Shown here: piece after piece, positions 30,987-49,390 of the stretch | How positions within the stretch are numbered: the first letter of the stretch is position 1 | Layout of the letters: every line of letters begins with the position of its first letter | Source of the DNA: the human T2T-CHM13v2.0 reference genome, Homo sapiens | Length of the DNA stretch: 64,000 nucleotides | NCBI RefSeq assembly: GCF_009914755.1 | Contig: NC_060944.1 | Reading direction: 5' to 3' (one strand) | Notes under the pieces: generated by a model | What the model was told of the DNA's origin: nothing | The model's input: only the letters and a program-made list of their open reading frames with translations | The model's database searches: none | Made by a program: the position numbers and the translations under genes

Positions 30987-31297
30987 TTTTTTTTTTTTTC
31001 CAGACTGAGTCTTGCTCTGTCACCCAGGCTGGAGTGCAGTGCCGCAGTCTTGGCTCACTGCAACCTCTGCCTCCCGGCTTCAGGCGATTCTCCTGCCCCA
31101 GCCTCCTGAGTAGCTGGGATTACAGGTGCCTGTCATCACGCCTGGCTAATTTTTTGTATTTTTGGTAGAGATGGGGCTTCACCATGTTGGCCAGGCTTGT
31201 TGGCATGTTGACCATGTTGGCCAGGCTAGCCTCAAGTGATCCACCCGTCAGCCTCCCAAAGTGCTGAGATTACAGGTGTGAGCCACCGCACCTGGCC
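30987..31297 (-). mobile_element. AluS with internal rearrangement
   Basis: Dimer; TSD TGAAATAATT. Confidence 0.93.
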
Positions 31298-31499
31298 TGA
31301 AATAATTCTTGACAAGATCTGCTTCCTTGTTACTAATACAGTGGATATTTTGCATCCTAATTTTAATGCAGTTCAGTGTGGTAGCCCTGTATTTGCATAT
31401 TGAATATTCCCTTCCCTGTTTTAATAACTCTATTTTTTCCTTTTCTTTTATATCTCCTGCTTCTCTAGCTAGTCCTAGACCTTACTCATCGGTGTCTTC

Positions 31500-32480
<981 letters not shown>

Positions 32481-33433
32481 CTAGGGAGGCTTTGAGTTGA
32501 TGGTATTGTGTTGAACCATGTGTTACCCAGGATCAATTTAGATTTTACACTTTGTTTTCTCTGTTCCTTTTTATAGTAATTTTCTGTATGTGGTGTTTTC
32601 CCCCCATGAGATTGTATACCATTTCTCAGCGAGAACTGTGTGTAATGCTTGGTGGCTCCCTCATGGTGCCTTGCATGGAATTGGACTTCGTTTCAGTGGA
32701 TCTGATCCCAGTTATGTTAATGCTCGATGGAGCTAAGTCTTATCTCGAAGCAGTCCATGTCTTCATCAGCTGGCCCTGCCTCCATGCCCTGCACAGACCA
32801 TGCCACTCTGGAGAGGTAGTTTCCCTGTGGCTTATTAGTCTTATGTTCCAGTGTGCTGGCCAAGTATGAGAGACATCAGTGGTATGAGAGAGTCTCTCTC
32901 ATTCAAACTTCGTAGGTTTTGTAGCTGGGACTGACCAGTGCTGACAGGAAATAGAGGCATTTATTAAAAGCCAGAGATTTTTCAAGTTGCAGGAAGCAAA
33001 GCTCTTGTTAGCTATGATTTTGTGGTGGGTTTGGTAGTCCAATATAAAAGTAAAAACTGGATGACAATGGGAGGAGCATGCTTGGGTCTCCAAAGTTAGA
33101 TCATTTTTCCTAAGTAATTTGTCTTTAAACTTTTACTGGTTTGGAATTTCCTGAGATTTTGATCTTGCCAGAAAGTTTATAGCAAAAGTTCTGAGCAGAT
33201 GACACTTTTGCATCTGAAACCAAATCATTGTTTTTGTTTTTAACTTTTTTCTTAATATATTATCCTTAGTTCAGCCCTGAAGATTATTCTGTTATTTGTG
33301 GATCTCAACTTTCCCCCCATCTCCTGGATCTTTGTGAAATGAATGGTATTAATTGAATAGAGAAGGAAGATATAAACATAAACTTAGTCAAAAACTTGTT
33401 CTTGACTAGGCAAGTTGGGCTTTATAGCTTTGA

Positions 33434-33812
<379 letters not shown>

Positions 33813-33998
33813 GATTTTTTTTTTTTTTTTTTTTTTAGGTTTGTTTTAACTGGAACTTTACGTGAATGTAATTGAATTTAGAATAAAAGCACTTAATTTC
33901 ACAGTGTGCAGTGAACTTTCTGTTACTTATTTTAACAGTAAAACCCCTTGCAGTAAATGACTTGGAGCAAAGATTGCTTTTTTAAAAAATGTTTTAAT

Positions 33999-34642
33999 TT
34001 GTTTTTCTTTTCTTGAGATGGAGTCTTGCTCTGTCACCAGGCTGGAGTATGGTGGCGCGATCTTGGCTCACTGCAGCCTCCCCGCCTCCTAGGTTCAAGC
34101 GAATCTCCTGCCTCAGCCTCCTGAGTAGCTGGGACTACAGGCACATGCCACCATGCCCAGCTAATTTTTGTATTTTTAGTAGAGACAGGGTTTCACCATG
34201 TTGGTCAGGATGGTCTTGATCTCTTGACCCCGTGATCCACCCTCCTCGGCCTCCCAAAGTGCTGGGATTACAACTGCTGGGATTACAAGTGCTGGGATTA
34301 CAAGCGTGAGCCACCACGCCTGGCCAATTTTTTTTTTTTTTTTCTTTTTGAGACAGAGTTTCACTCTGTCACCCAGGCTGGAGTGCAGTGTCACAGTCAA
34401 AACTCACTGGCAGCCTTAACCTCCTGGGCTCGAATGATCCTCCTGCCTCAGCCTCCCAAGTAACTGAGACTACAGGCATGTACCACTGTGCCCAGCTAAT
34501 TGTTTTTTTATTTTTTATTTTTTGTAGGGACAGGGTCTCGCTATTTTGCCCAGGCTAGTCTACAACTCTTGGGCTCAAGCAGTCCTCCTGCCTCGACCTC
34601 CCAAAATGTTGGGATTACAGGGACAAGCCACTGCACCTGGCC
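33999..34642 (-). mobile_element. Two tandem Alus (AluSc-like 33999-34325; AluJ 34328-34642)
   Basis: Two dimeric blocks. Confidence 0.93.
34257..34301. repeat. 15-bp unit x3 inside an Alu (AA[G/C]TGCTGGGATTAC)
   Basis: Direct reading. Confidence 0.9.
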
Positions 34643-34919
34643 AAGGATTGTTTTTTAAGTGAACTGAGACCCAGCCTTATTAGTGGTCCCAGAGCAGACC
34701 TGGGACCTGAAGGGAACCCTTTTCTTCTGGTCCAGCGTCTTTCCTCTGATGGGCTACTTTCCTGGAGCCTTTGATTGCCTGTCATCAGAGTAACTGAGTT
34801 TGAACAGAGTAGGTAGTTCCTCTCCAGACCACCACACTCACCAGCTTTCATTCTGCTTCTCTCGTTTAGACTGTGGTTCTGAATCCTCAGTTCTATTTAC
34901 TGAGTGTTTTTAAACATAA

Positions 34920-35325
<406 letters not shown>

Positions 35326-37558
35326 TAGAAGCTGTCGTGGACAATGTGGGAAGTAGTGAGCCTTTGTATTCCAGTATGCTGGGCTCCACTGTGCTTGCTC
35401 TGGCCCCCGGTCGCTCTCTGTGTGTTATTGAGTCCCCATCCACGGCCATACTCTTCGTCCTGCTTCTCTCCTTACCATCCTCTCCCCGCTAGTGGTACCA
35501 CGGCTACCACTAGCAATTACTGACATGTGGGATCTTAGGGCTACTTCCCTATAAGGCTGCAGGGCATGTGGTGTTGGCTACGCGCATGGTAACCATGGTA
35601 GCCCTGTGGTTCTCCACATGTGCGCCTTGTGACCTGGGATTGGCTGCAGACTAGTAATAAACTGCGTCTTCTGGTATGGAATCTGTCTGTAGTTGTACTT
35701 TCTACCTCTGTATTTAAGGGGAGATCTGTAACCTACCAATGCCAGTTGAAGAGGATGGATGATAGAGATGTTAACAAACAGCTGAAAAACTAACTACAAT
35801 GGCCTGCAAAATAGAACAGCAGGTTTTTGTGGCAAAACTTTGTGTCCATGAGTTTGTTTTTTAAATATCCTCATATAATCTGTTTTAAATCGAGAGGCTT
35901 TGGGTAAAAGCCATGGCTAGTCTTACATGTCATGGAGTACCTAGCTTGTGAGGTTCACAGTTTATTATTTACAGAGTGTCCCCTTAAATCTTCTTTGGGT
36001 CGGTTCAGCGAATGTTGCTCAGATGGACTTTTTTGGCTGACATAGAGTCAAAATGGTAATCAAGCATGAAAGTACAGACAGTCCTTAACGCACAAATGTG
36101 TCATGCTTGAAAAGTTGGAAAGTTGGTTCTCTGGAGCTCTGATTGTATTGTCCTGTAGAATCCGTGTTGTGAATGGTGGTTAAATCCCAAATGAGTCCGT
36201 AGAACCTATATAATCTGCAATATACCTGCAGTATTCCAATTAATATGTAATTCCCCCATAGAACTATGTTAATGATTTGTATGTATGGTATTTAATATTA
36301 TACATAATAATGATTGTATGAATAAAAAACATTCTGGGCTCCATGTGGATGATGGGGTGTGTGTGTGTGTCTGTCTATGTGTGGGTGGGTGTGTGTTCAT
36401 AGATCCCTTTTCCTGCAATCCTGGCACTGGAATTGGTTTTATCATTTCCAATTAAGTTTCATTCCCATGAATTTTGGAGTACAGACTGGGTCCAGGTATG
36501 CAGGGCATAGATTAGAGCCCTGAGAAATAGGATTAGGCTGGAATTGCTGGGTTGGAGATCAGTAGCTTCCAGGAACACTTTTTGGGCCTGGCTGTCTTCA
36601 TTATCCCCTTTTGTTTTCTCCTGGGGTCTGCAGGTATTGCCCTGTTTTGTTCCTCTAATATCACTTTTTTTTTTTTTCTGCTTTTGACCAGGGTTTTTGC
36701 CTCTGGTCTACAACTGAATATCCTATCAGACTCTCCTGATTTTGAAATAAATATATAGTTTTTTTGAGGTGTTCTAGCGAATTTCTAAATCTAAATGTTG
36801 TGGCAGAGTTATTACATACTAATTTTGCTATGAGAGGTTGTAGAATCCCAGATGACTAATCTTGTAAACCATACACGCATTTCCATCTAATTCTCCATTG
36901 TATATCATGTTGCAGAAAATAACAGCCTCTAGAGTTTACATTGCCTCCTTTGACTATATTTCTTATTTAAGATTAGTTTTCAGATAAGACCTTTTCATGG
37001 CAGTACATAACTGTACAGAGGGCTTCCAACTTGTCTTGGGAGCTCTCATCTCTGGGAGACATCACATTACCCACTGCCCCCTGCCCCCCGCCCCCAGCCT
37101 GGATGCACTCAGCCTGTACCCCATTTCTGTCCTCAGCCAAACACTGCTGAAATGCAAGAGCTTTCAATTGCTAGCCAGTGAAGATGCAGACTAAGGGATT
37201 TCCATGTAGAAGCCCGCTCTTTTCAGCTGGCTCGTCGAGAGCTGGAGGCCCCTTGCTTGTTCACATGAGGCTTTTTGTCCCTGACTTGGTGGCTGCTGTT
37301 TCACTTCTCAGCAGAAAGGGACACCCTTGCCCCCCCCCAGAAAGGAAGATTTGATGTACCACTTCCGAAAGGTTCAGTCGGGCATCACTGTAACCAAGAA
37401 GATAGGTCAGGTGAGGCTGGAGGTGGAACAGGGCTGCTCGCTAGAACTCCAGATTGTTCCACAAGTGCCTTCTGGCAGAGAATGATGGAAGCTTCCGTGA
37501 TTTTTTTTTCTCCTTAATAGTTATGAGCACAGAAGAGGAGCAGATTGTCTGGCTATAG

Positions 37559-37862
<304 letters not shown>

Positions 37863-38368
37863 GAAGCTGTCATATTAAATAGCACTTTCTGCTTTTAGCA
37901 AATTTAATCCAAATGAGACTTTAGATTTTCTTGCTCTGACTTACCAGCAGTTCCTTGAAACACATTTAATTATTTTTGCCAGAAAATCACTCAAGCACTT
38001 ACGCCATTTTTTTACCGTGAAAATATGCTGCATTATTTTAAAATATATTAGAAGTCAGTAACCATAAGATTTTATATGTTTTCTAATGTATTCTGTAAGC
38101 TTTCTGCTGCTTTTGTTTGGAAGGTGTATTTTGTAACGTAGAGGACTGCTTTATCTGCTTGTAAGCTTGATTTTTGTTTTTACTGTAATTTTTTTTTCTT
38201 TTGCTGTATTGAGAAATACATTGAGTAATTATAAAGTCAGTGGCATGTTTATAAGTTAATATTTGTATCTATTCCTTAGTTACTCTAACTCAAAACCTAA
38301 AGTAATCTTCAACTCTAATTTACTCTGACATCCAGTTGACTGCCAAGTCCTCCAACTTAATCCTTATC

Positions 38369-38686
38369 CTTTTTTTTTTAAAGAGATGCAGTCTTGCTTT
38401 GTCACCCAGGCTGGAGTGCAGTGGTGCAATCATAGCTTACTGTAACCTCAAATTCCTGGGCTCAAATGATCCTCCCACGTCAGCCTCTGGAGTAGCTGGG
38501 GCTACAGGCTCTTGCTACCATGCCCAGCTAACTTTTTATTTTTATTTTTTATAGAGACAGAGTCTCACTGTTGCTCAGGCTGGCCTTGAACTCCTGCCTT
38601 CAGGCGGAACTCCTGCCTTCAGGCGGAACTCCTGCCTTCAGGCGGTCCTCCTGCATTGGCCTCCCAAAGTGCTGGAATTACAGGCC
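38369..38686 (-). mobile_element. AluJ
   Basis: Dimer with an internal tandem repeat. Confidence 0.9.
38588..38644. repeat. 19-bp perfect unit x3 GAACTCCTGCCTTCAGGCG
   Basis: Direct reading. Confidence 0.93.
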
Positions 38687-40634
38687 CAATTTTATTCTTG
38701 GGATGTATGTCTGAAACTCTTTCCTTCACTTCCTTCCCAAGCCTTAGTTCAGGCCCTTCTCATCTGTGGTCTTCAAAGTCGCCTTCAGCTGGTTCAGGTC
38801 CTTCCTTTCTGCTGTATCTTTCATGGGAGGACATGTTATGTATCACTGTCCTACTTGAAAACTTCCATTCCCCATTGATGAGGGTGTTACCTCCAGATTC
38901 CTAACACAGGTGCTGAAGGCATGCCTGGATAAAGGCACTCCCTTGATCTCCTGGCCAGGTCCCCGTACACCTGCAGCGCATGCTCCACATTCTGTCTTTA
39001 CTGATGCTGTGTCTTCTGCCTGCGGAGCCACCCACCATTCTATTCACAGCCCCTGCCTCAGCGGAGCACGTGCCTCCCTCTTCCTACACTGAGCTGTCCT
39101 TTCTATTGAATCCCCTCTTTTTTGTAGTATGGGAAATATTTTATTATGAATACTCTTTTCTCTGTTGCCTCCGTGACCACGTTAACTTTGCCCTAATTCG
39201 CCTTAGGACTCCATCTGCTTAGGGGAAAGTTAGGATTTGGTTACAGAAAGCAAGCTGCTAGAAAGAACAGTGTTTAGCTTCTGACAGGCAAAATAGGATT
39301 TTGCAACATGCTTTTCCTTTTTAATGCTTAGACATTTTATATGAATTAATATTTTTATTTGGTTGCTTATACATTACTTTCTTTTTAGCTAGAATGTGAA
39401 CCCTGTAGGAACATGGGGATTGCCTTTCACATCTTTGTATCCTCAGTACCTAATGTTCAGTCACCCTGTGGTCTTGTGTCGTATATACATTTAGCCTTCC
39501 TTAATTAAACCATATGTACTGGTCCCCGTCCCCCACCCCCAAATAGAGAGAAAGAAATTCCTTGAATACTACATTGCCAGTATCAAACCACACCTTGATA
39601 TCCTCTGGGGAAAGGGAGGTATCAGTTGAAAAGAGAAAAGAGGTTAAAATCTAGGCATTAAAATGTGTAAGGCTTAGATGCTGGCAATTTAAGGTATGTT
39701 TTCCTGAGGTTAATTTTGATTGTGTGCAAATTTTACCTCATATCTAACTGTAGGATTTAGTCACCACATAAGATGGGATACCTCCATAAATCCTTCAGAA
39801 ATGTTTGTGAAATTAAATAAAGCCTTATTGAAGACTCAGCTCTTGAGAGTCATCTACCTACCTAACAGTTATTCTTGAACAGAAGAGTCTTACTTTTCCC
39901 TATGAGGCAGTGTGATAGCCATCTGTATATTCATATAATTTATGTTGGCGCTTACTTCATTTAAAAATGTATTCCGTGAATGCAGTTGCCAGGCGGTGTG
40001 CTGATCAGAAACGTGTACCAATGGCCTCTTTTATAATTATAAGAGGAAGACCAACCTGAAACAGTCACACAAATGATTAATTTTAATTGTGGAGGAGTGC
40101 TGGGAAAGAAAAATAAAAGATGCAATGCAAGTGTTTACAAAGGAGCTTTGAGCTTGTTTGAAGTGGTCCTTGGGCACTTAAGCAAGGCTTAAAGAATGAT
40201 GTGATTAGAAGTGGCTTAGCAATTCTAAAGAACACAGGGAAGGCGTGTGGCCAGAACATTGGTCCCTAGAGCACATCGCCTCCTGACATACCATTTCCTT
40301 AAGTTAATGTTTTACCACTATACATAGGCCCTCCCCTTTGTTTACCCAGATTTTTTTAATTTTAAGGATGTTTTTAATAACTTAGAATCCTGTAATTTGT
40401 TGAACAGTCCTGTATTCCCTTTACTTATATTCCTTGAGATTTTATAAAATATTTTTTACATGTCCCAAGTCTTGATTATATCTTTTTACCTCTTGTTAAG
40501 AAATACTTACTTTTCTATTTTTATGCTATATTTCATGTTTACTGTAGAAAACAAAAAAAGTAAAATTTTTCTTTATTCCTATCACTGCAGCTTATAAGCA
40601 CTCTAAACATTTTGATCTATATTTTGCCAATCAT

Positions 40635-41185
<551 letters not shown>

Positions 41186-42685
41186 GTGTTTTCAATACTC
41201 TTTTATTATAAAGCTGTTTTTAATGTGATTCAATTCTAGGTTGTTTTGTTCTGCCCTCAAAAAGCATTCCCTCTCCTAATCATATCTCCGTCATACCCTT
41301 GTATGTTTTCTTTAAACCTGTTTTAAGAAAGCAGCTACCTGTAAGAGAAATGAGATTGAAAACAGAATTGCCAATCTGCTTGTACTTTATAAGCCTGTTG
41401 ATTGTTTAGATACGGTTTAGCCAGTTTATAGTTACCCTGGGTGCTGAAAGGTATGCTGGATGATACCTAACCAACAGAGAACCATTGAATGCCGTTCAAA
41501 ATGGACTGAAGCATCAGCAATGTCTGAAAAAGGCCTGACAGTAATGTACATGTCAAATGGCCCGTAATTTAAGCAGAGTAGAGTAAGTAGAAGAATAAAC
41601 ATGGGGAAAGTTCCAGCAACAGAGGAGGCTTTGAGCTTTTGCTCTTCATCTTGAGTGGATGTTGTTCTCAGGTGGTAATAGGCCATCGAGCTTTCTCCAC
41701 TGGCTGCCTCTCTGGGGAACAAATAACCGAAAAGATACTCAGCACCCTGGTTGGTACATAGGTGGTCAGTTGATTTATACTTCCTGGTTTTCAGTGTTGC
41801 TTGAATTTTCTAAATGGAAACACAGTACCTTTATAATCAGAAAACAATCCCGAGTTTTGATTTGAGGGTGTTGTAAAAAGTTAAAAAAAAAAAAAACAGA
41901 AATGTGAAAAGGAAGTTGTGTTAGAGTATTTGGAGTTGAGAAAGCATGAAAAGGACAGAAGAGAAGCTGGTTGTCAGGTTGCATGGGGTAGCTACAAGCA
42001 CACTGACCAGAAAGTCAGCTGGAAAAAAAATGTAGAAACAGGAGATAAAACGGCCAAGGGGCTATACAAGCAAACAGCAAGGACCTGAGAAGAAAAACTA
42101 GTTAGGTGTGACTGTCAGAGTGATGTGTACAGTGTGATCCTTTCTGTGTAAAAACAAGCAGTAAGAATTCGCTGTTTACGTTTGCGTGTGTTTGGAGAAG
42201 AGTGGGGAAGAGTAGGCACTGCCAGACTGTGAACACTGGTTAGGTTATTGTTATATCTTTGTATTATATACACTGGACATGTTATTTGTATAATATGAGA
42301 AGAAATTTTATAAATCATTAAATCTTTTGGCATTTAGGAACATTTGTGTTTTCTAATAGTTGCTTCTATACTATTATCTTTATTATATGCCCTTCATCTT
42401 CTCAGTGTTTGGCTGTTGTTGTGATTCCCTTTTGTGAGCAGTGTTGAAGTTAGCTAATATTCATTTCTTCTCCCTTCTTTCACCCTCCTCCAGAGTCTGA
42501 TTTGAAGTATTCCTAGCTGCTACCTATAAAAGCAATAAGCAAGATTGTTTTACTTTTCACAAACTCGTCCTGTTCTGTGCCTCTGCCTCGGACATAGCTG
42601 TAGTATAGAGTGTTGTCTCCCTTACATCCTTCTATCTTAGACCTACTAGTAAATATTAATGCTCACTCTAAGTTCTTCTCAATTC

Positions 42686-42993
<308 letters not shown>

Positions 42994-42999
42994 TCTTCT

Positions 43000-44011
<1,012 letters not shown>

Positions 44012-44059
44012 TTATTAAAAATTTTAAAAACATACATTTAAACTTAACAGAAAAATTAT

Positions 44060-44269
44060 GAGAGAGAAGGGGGTGGTGCCAGGCTTTTTTAAACAACCAG
44101 CTCTTACATGAACTCATAGAGTGATAACTCATTACCATGAGGACGGCATCAAGCCGTTCATGAAGGATCTGGCCCCGTGACCCAGACACCTCCTACTAGG
44201 TCCATTTTTAACATTGGGGATCACATTTCAACGTGAGATTTGGAGGGGGCAAAACTACAAACCATGTCA
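44060..44269 (-). mobile_element. MSTB-like MaLR LTR fragment
   Basis: GGTGCCAGGCTTTTTTAAACAACCAGCTCT...AACATTGGGGATCACATTTCAACGTGAGATTTGGAGGGG...AAACCATGTCA. Confidence 0.85.
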
Positions 44270-47200
44270 CTCAGGGATTGGAGGAGCAAGTACCACCTAT
44301 ACTTTGGACTCAGGTAGAAAGGCAAAATATCCAGGAAATAAGCTGCTACCGTCCAGGGTTCAGCAGAGGTGCCCATCAGCCTGCCAAGTACTCAAGAGTC
44401 CAGCCTCTAGGGAGCTAATCATCATGGTGAGCTCTTCGAGGCACAGGGAGCTGGGAAGACAGTGCTTGCCACCCCTGCCTGAATAGTGTTTGCACAGAGA
44501 GTTCTGTTGTGTCTTGATTGGGTCCTCCTGCCACTGGGAATGCTGTGGATTATACTAGGTCTCTATCTGGCTTGTTTCAGGGCTCCATGTGAAAACCTTC
44601 TTGATATCCTAGCCATCCACCTGCTCAGTCCCTAGTTTGCAAGGAGGCTGTGGGGAGCCTAGATTCTGTGTCAGATAGAATGTACTACATTCCGTCTCAG
44701 GAATGTACCACATCAGAAAACAGTGCGACCTGCAGGAGAAGTAGAGGTGAAGAGGCACATTCTTCCGAGAAATGTTTCTCTCAACACCCAGCATTCCCTG
44801 GATATCAGCAGGAAATTACTCACTGCTAGAAAATGCCCCATGAGCCTTCTGTTAAGGAGGTCAAGGGAGAGAACAGAGAAAGTTCTCAAAGTTGACTTGG
44901 TCACTGGTACTTTCTTATGCGGTTCTTATTTTGTTTGCCATCGTCATCATCATGCTATGTCTATTTTCTCAATCCAAATCCACTGCTTTCACCTTGGTTC
45001 TTTCTGACCGGTTTGGCACACTCATTCAGTAAATCCTTATGGAGAGCCCAATGTCTGCATAATTGTGCTGTGCTGATGACCAAGCTAGACCTACGAGTGT
45101 CGGCTCCTTTGAGATGTACGGGACAGCTCTTCTGTCATCTCTTCTGGGAAGCCTCTCCAGGCTTGGTGAACAGTGGCAAGATGTTTAACAGTTGTACATG
45201 TGTCCCATGTTCCTTTCTAAGAGCCTGGGCAAACCAGACCCGGTCGCAGGTCATCGTAGTATGGCGTGAGCTTCCTCTCTCCTTTCTGACCTTTTGTGTG
45301 ATGGCAAGAACCTGCAGAGTGACACAAGCAGCAGGCTTCTGAGGTTGCTCTAGCCTCAGAATGGCCGTCCCTTCTCCACCCTGGCCCTCATTGCTGAGGT
45401 TTCCTTTGAAGCAACAGTGCCGGAACAGACTAGGGGAAGCAGCTTGGACATAGCTGTATGATTTATTACCACCCATTGAGGCCAACCAAAGTCGGCAAGG
45501 AGAGGTAGCAGGTCAGTGGTGCCTGGAAGCTTCCTCTTTCCTTTGCACCAGATGTGACTGCTCTGCAATTACTCCTAAATTTGCTACTCTCGTTTTTACT
45601 AGCCAACCTTGATGTTTTTCCCTTCTTCCTGTAGAATAGACTTCCCCTCTGATCAGTACTTTCTACTCAACACTATTTGTGGCCACAGTGGGAACTCATT
45701 GAGGACAGGGACCATGACATTACTACCTGACCCATCAACACTTGGCATAACTTGAAATGCAAGGACAAAAATTGGCTGCAAGTACAATGTGGTCTTCACT
45801 CTGAAGGTGATCCTTAAAACTTGGCTTTGGCATCATATTGCCTTAATATACCTAGGGGATTGGGTAAAACCAGTTACTTTAAAAGAGTTTTACAATTCTG
45901 GCCTTCTAGCTATCTTGTCTTCTTAAACAAGAGCACAAGATGAATGTATCTTAGTGAAATTTTATATGGTTTGCTTTGAGTAATCTTGCGAAGATTGATT
46001 TTTAGCACAGTAGGAAAGACACATTCTAATAGTGATTTTTTTCCCCGAGTTTATGTACTGCTGTTGCATGAAAATCTGACTAGATTTAATGTTCCTAAAG
46101 TTCTTTGTTCATCCTGATTTTTGCAGGTCCTAGGGAAAGCTTTGTTTTCCTCTTAACCTAACTTAGATGTTGTCATTTCATGAGCTTTGGAGGAAGAGTG
46201 TATAGCCAATTGTGTAATGTCTTTAAAGGATATTATCTCTGCAATAGTTGTTTATAAGGCCTAAGTTATTCATGTAATAATAGTGGCCCCGGATCTGTTT
46301 CTAGCAATAGGTATATGGATTTTGGTTCCTATATAGTTGTAGTTGTGGCTTTGAGATATTGAGCAAGCCCTTTTAAGAAAGGATTTGGCATCCCTCAGCC
46401 TTCAAAAGCTTCTCAAAATTGATCATATGTTATTAGCAAAGGTTTACTGCCTGCTTCCATTGTATAGACAATTTATTTTTTATGTATTCCGTTCTAAGAA
46501 GGCAGATGACCAAAAGATCTTGCATCTGTTGCCCAAGGCTTGTGACTAGAGAGGAAAGAGATAAGAATACTTTTTTAAAATCCCATTTTACTAAATATGT
46601 TGAGGAAGTGGTAAGATATATTAATTTGTTGAGATTTTTCTGTTATGCCTATTATATGAAATAGGTACTCTGAACATGGCTTCTTAATTAAATATATTTG
46701 ATAAAATACAACTTGCTTCCCCTGGAGTTTAGAAGTCAGATAACTGCCATGGAGAGCTATGCTTTCTTTGTTTTAAAGATCTGCTTATGAACATGATAAA
46801 CAGGAACAATTTAATGTTTTCAATATTTTCTTGTATTTTACTGCAAGTTTATACACAACATAAATATGGGGGAAGGGGGAAATGTTTATACCAGAGCCAT
46901 CCTGCCCATTCTTTCCTTACAGAAGGACAAAGGAGCAGTATTTATTTTAACTACAAAAATACTATTGTAGGTTTTAAAAATTCCGTATATTTTGATATCT
47001 TGTGTTCCTCTTGACCTTTAATTTGCTAAATAGTTGCAAAGAATGAAGGTAACCTGCATCATCTTCTTAAAAACCAACTCTATCTAATTATAATAGTTTG
47101 TCTATCTCTGAAAAATAGTGATGTGTTCATTCTGAAATCAGAACTACCGGATGCAGCTGCATTTTGTTACTATTTGAATTTCGGGAGAGGGAGGAGGATG

Positions 47201-47490
47201 CAGCCTTTCGAGCTGCTGAAATACACAAACACAAAGAAGACACCAAGCATAGTAGAACTGTGTTAAGCTGACCAAGCCAGAAGAAGCACCTATTCTCAGC
47301 ATAGTATGAGACGTAAAGGCAATATAATGGGCATAGTTGAAGATGGTAGAAGGAAAATAGACTCTGATGGTTTAATGTTAAATGCTTTTTTTAAAAAAGT
47401 GGTATTCCAATATCGAAGAAGAAGACTTTCTACTTTTAGAAGCAATAAAGGAAATTGCAGAGGAAAGGGTCAATAGGTTGGAATACATAA

Positions 47491-48112
<622 letters not shown>

Positions 48113-48269
48113 TGATTTTTTAAATGTGCAAACAGATAAGTTGGAAAAGTGATTTCCAATAAAGATAAAGAGTTGATGGTTTTAAAATACGTAAAGAGCT
48201 TATATGAATGAGAAAAACACTAACATTCCAAAAGATTAGAAGGCAAAGGACAGAAAGAAACAAATCACT

Positions 48270-48408
48270 ATGTCTGGGAAGGGACATGAAGGAGCAGGTT
48301 CCCACTGGGCCAGCGGGGCTCAAACCCACTGGGGACGTCCGAGAGACTGCAAGGGCCATGCCTTCACATTGCCGTACCTGAGAAGCAAGGAGCTGGGGTA
48401 TTTATCTC
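48270..48408 (-). mobile_element. ERVL LTR fragment (LTR40-like)
   Basis: GGGGCTCAAACCCACTGGGGAC...GGAGCTGGGGTATTTATC. Confidence 0.5.
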
Positions 48409-48411
48409 TTT

Positions 48412-48689
<278 letters not shown>

Positions 48690-48774
48690 TTAGATTGTTA
48701 GCAGAAGTAGCCACAGGTTTCTCCCACCTCTCTGCAAGTTGCTGAGTGTGATTCCCATCAAGAGGTACAATGTC

Positions 48775-48912
48775 TTTTTATTTTTATTTTATTTATTTTA
48801 TTTATATTGCCTATGTTGTCTAGGCTGGTTCCAAACTCCTGAGCTCAAGTGATCCTTCTACGTCAGCCCCCCAAAGTGTTGGGATTACAGGCATCAGCCA
48901 CTGCACCTGGCC
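48775..48912 (-). mobile_element. FLAM / Alu left monomer
   Basis: Single monomer. Confidence 0.85.
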
Positions 48913-49390
48913 CAGATACTTTTTCTTGAGTAGGAATTTCGAGTCACCCTGAACATTGCATGCCTTCGTAGTGGGGAAGACAATAGGAAACCACAGGCTG
49001 TAGGCTAAAATGGGTTGTGTTTCTTGTAACGTCATGACAAGGCATAACCCATCTTGGCATAGTAAATAGTAAGCACTCACTGAACTGATGATTTTAAATC
49101 TTTGCTGTTTATTCAGCAATATCCTAAATTAGCGCTATGTTAGTGGAGTTGCATCTCCCTCATGGATTAGTCTGAAAAAGATGAGAAATCTGTATGTAGA
49201 CCAAGTTATCCTTAAACTGCTCATAATGTATGATGCACGTGGTTTTACGTGTACAGCCTGGTACCATTGTTCTTAGGCACATTTCAGTGCCAGAACTCTT
49301 AATACCCAGGAAGAAGCAAAAAGAAAGATGGAGGTGCAGCTAGAGGTTGTGGCCTTTGAACGATTCATTCTGCCTTAATAAGAGTGGTCT

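Noticed and set aside
38588-38644. Short direct repeats as a CRISPR-like array
   Set aside because: Head-to-tail with no spacers, Alu-derived, eukaryotic context.
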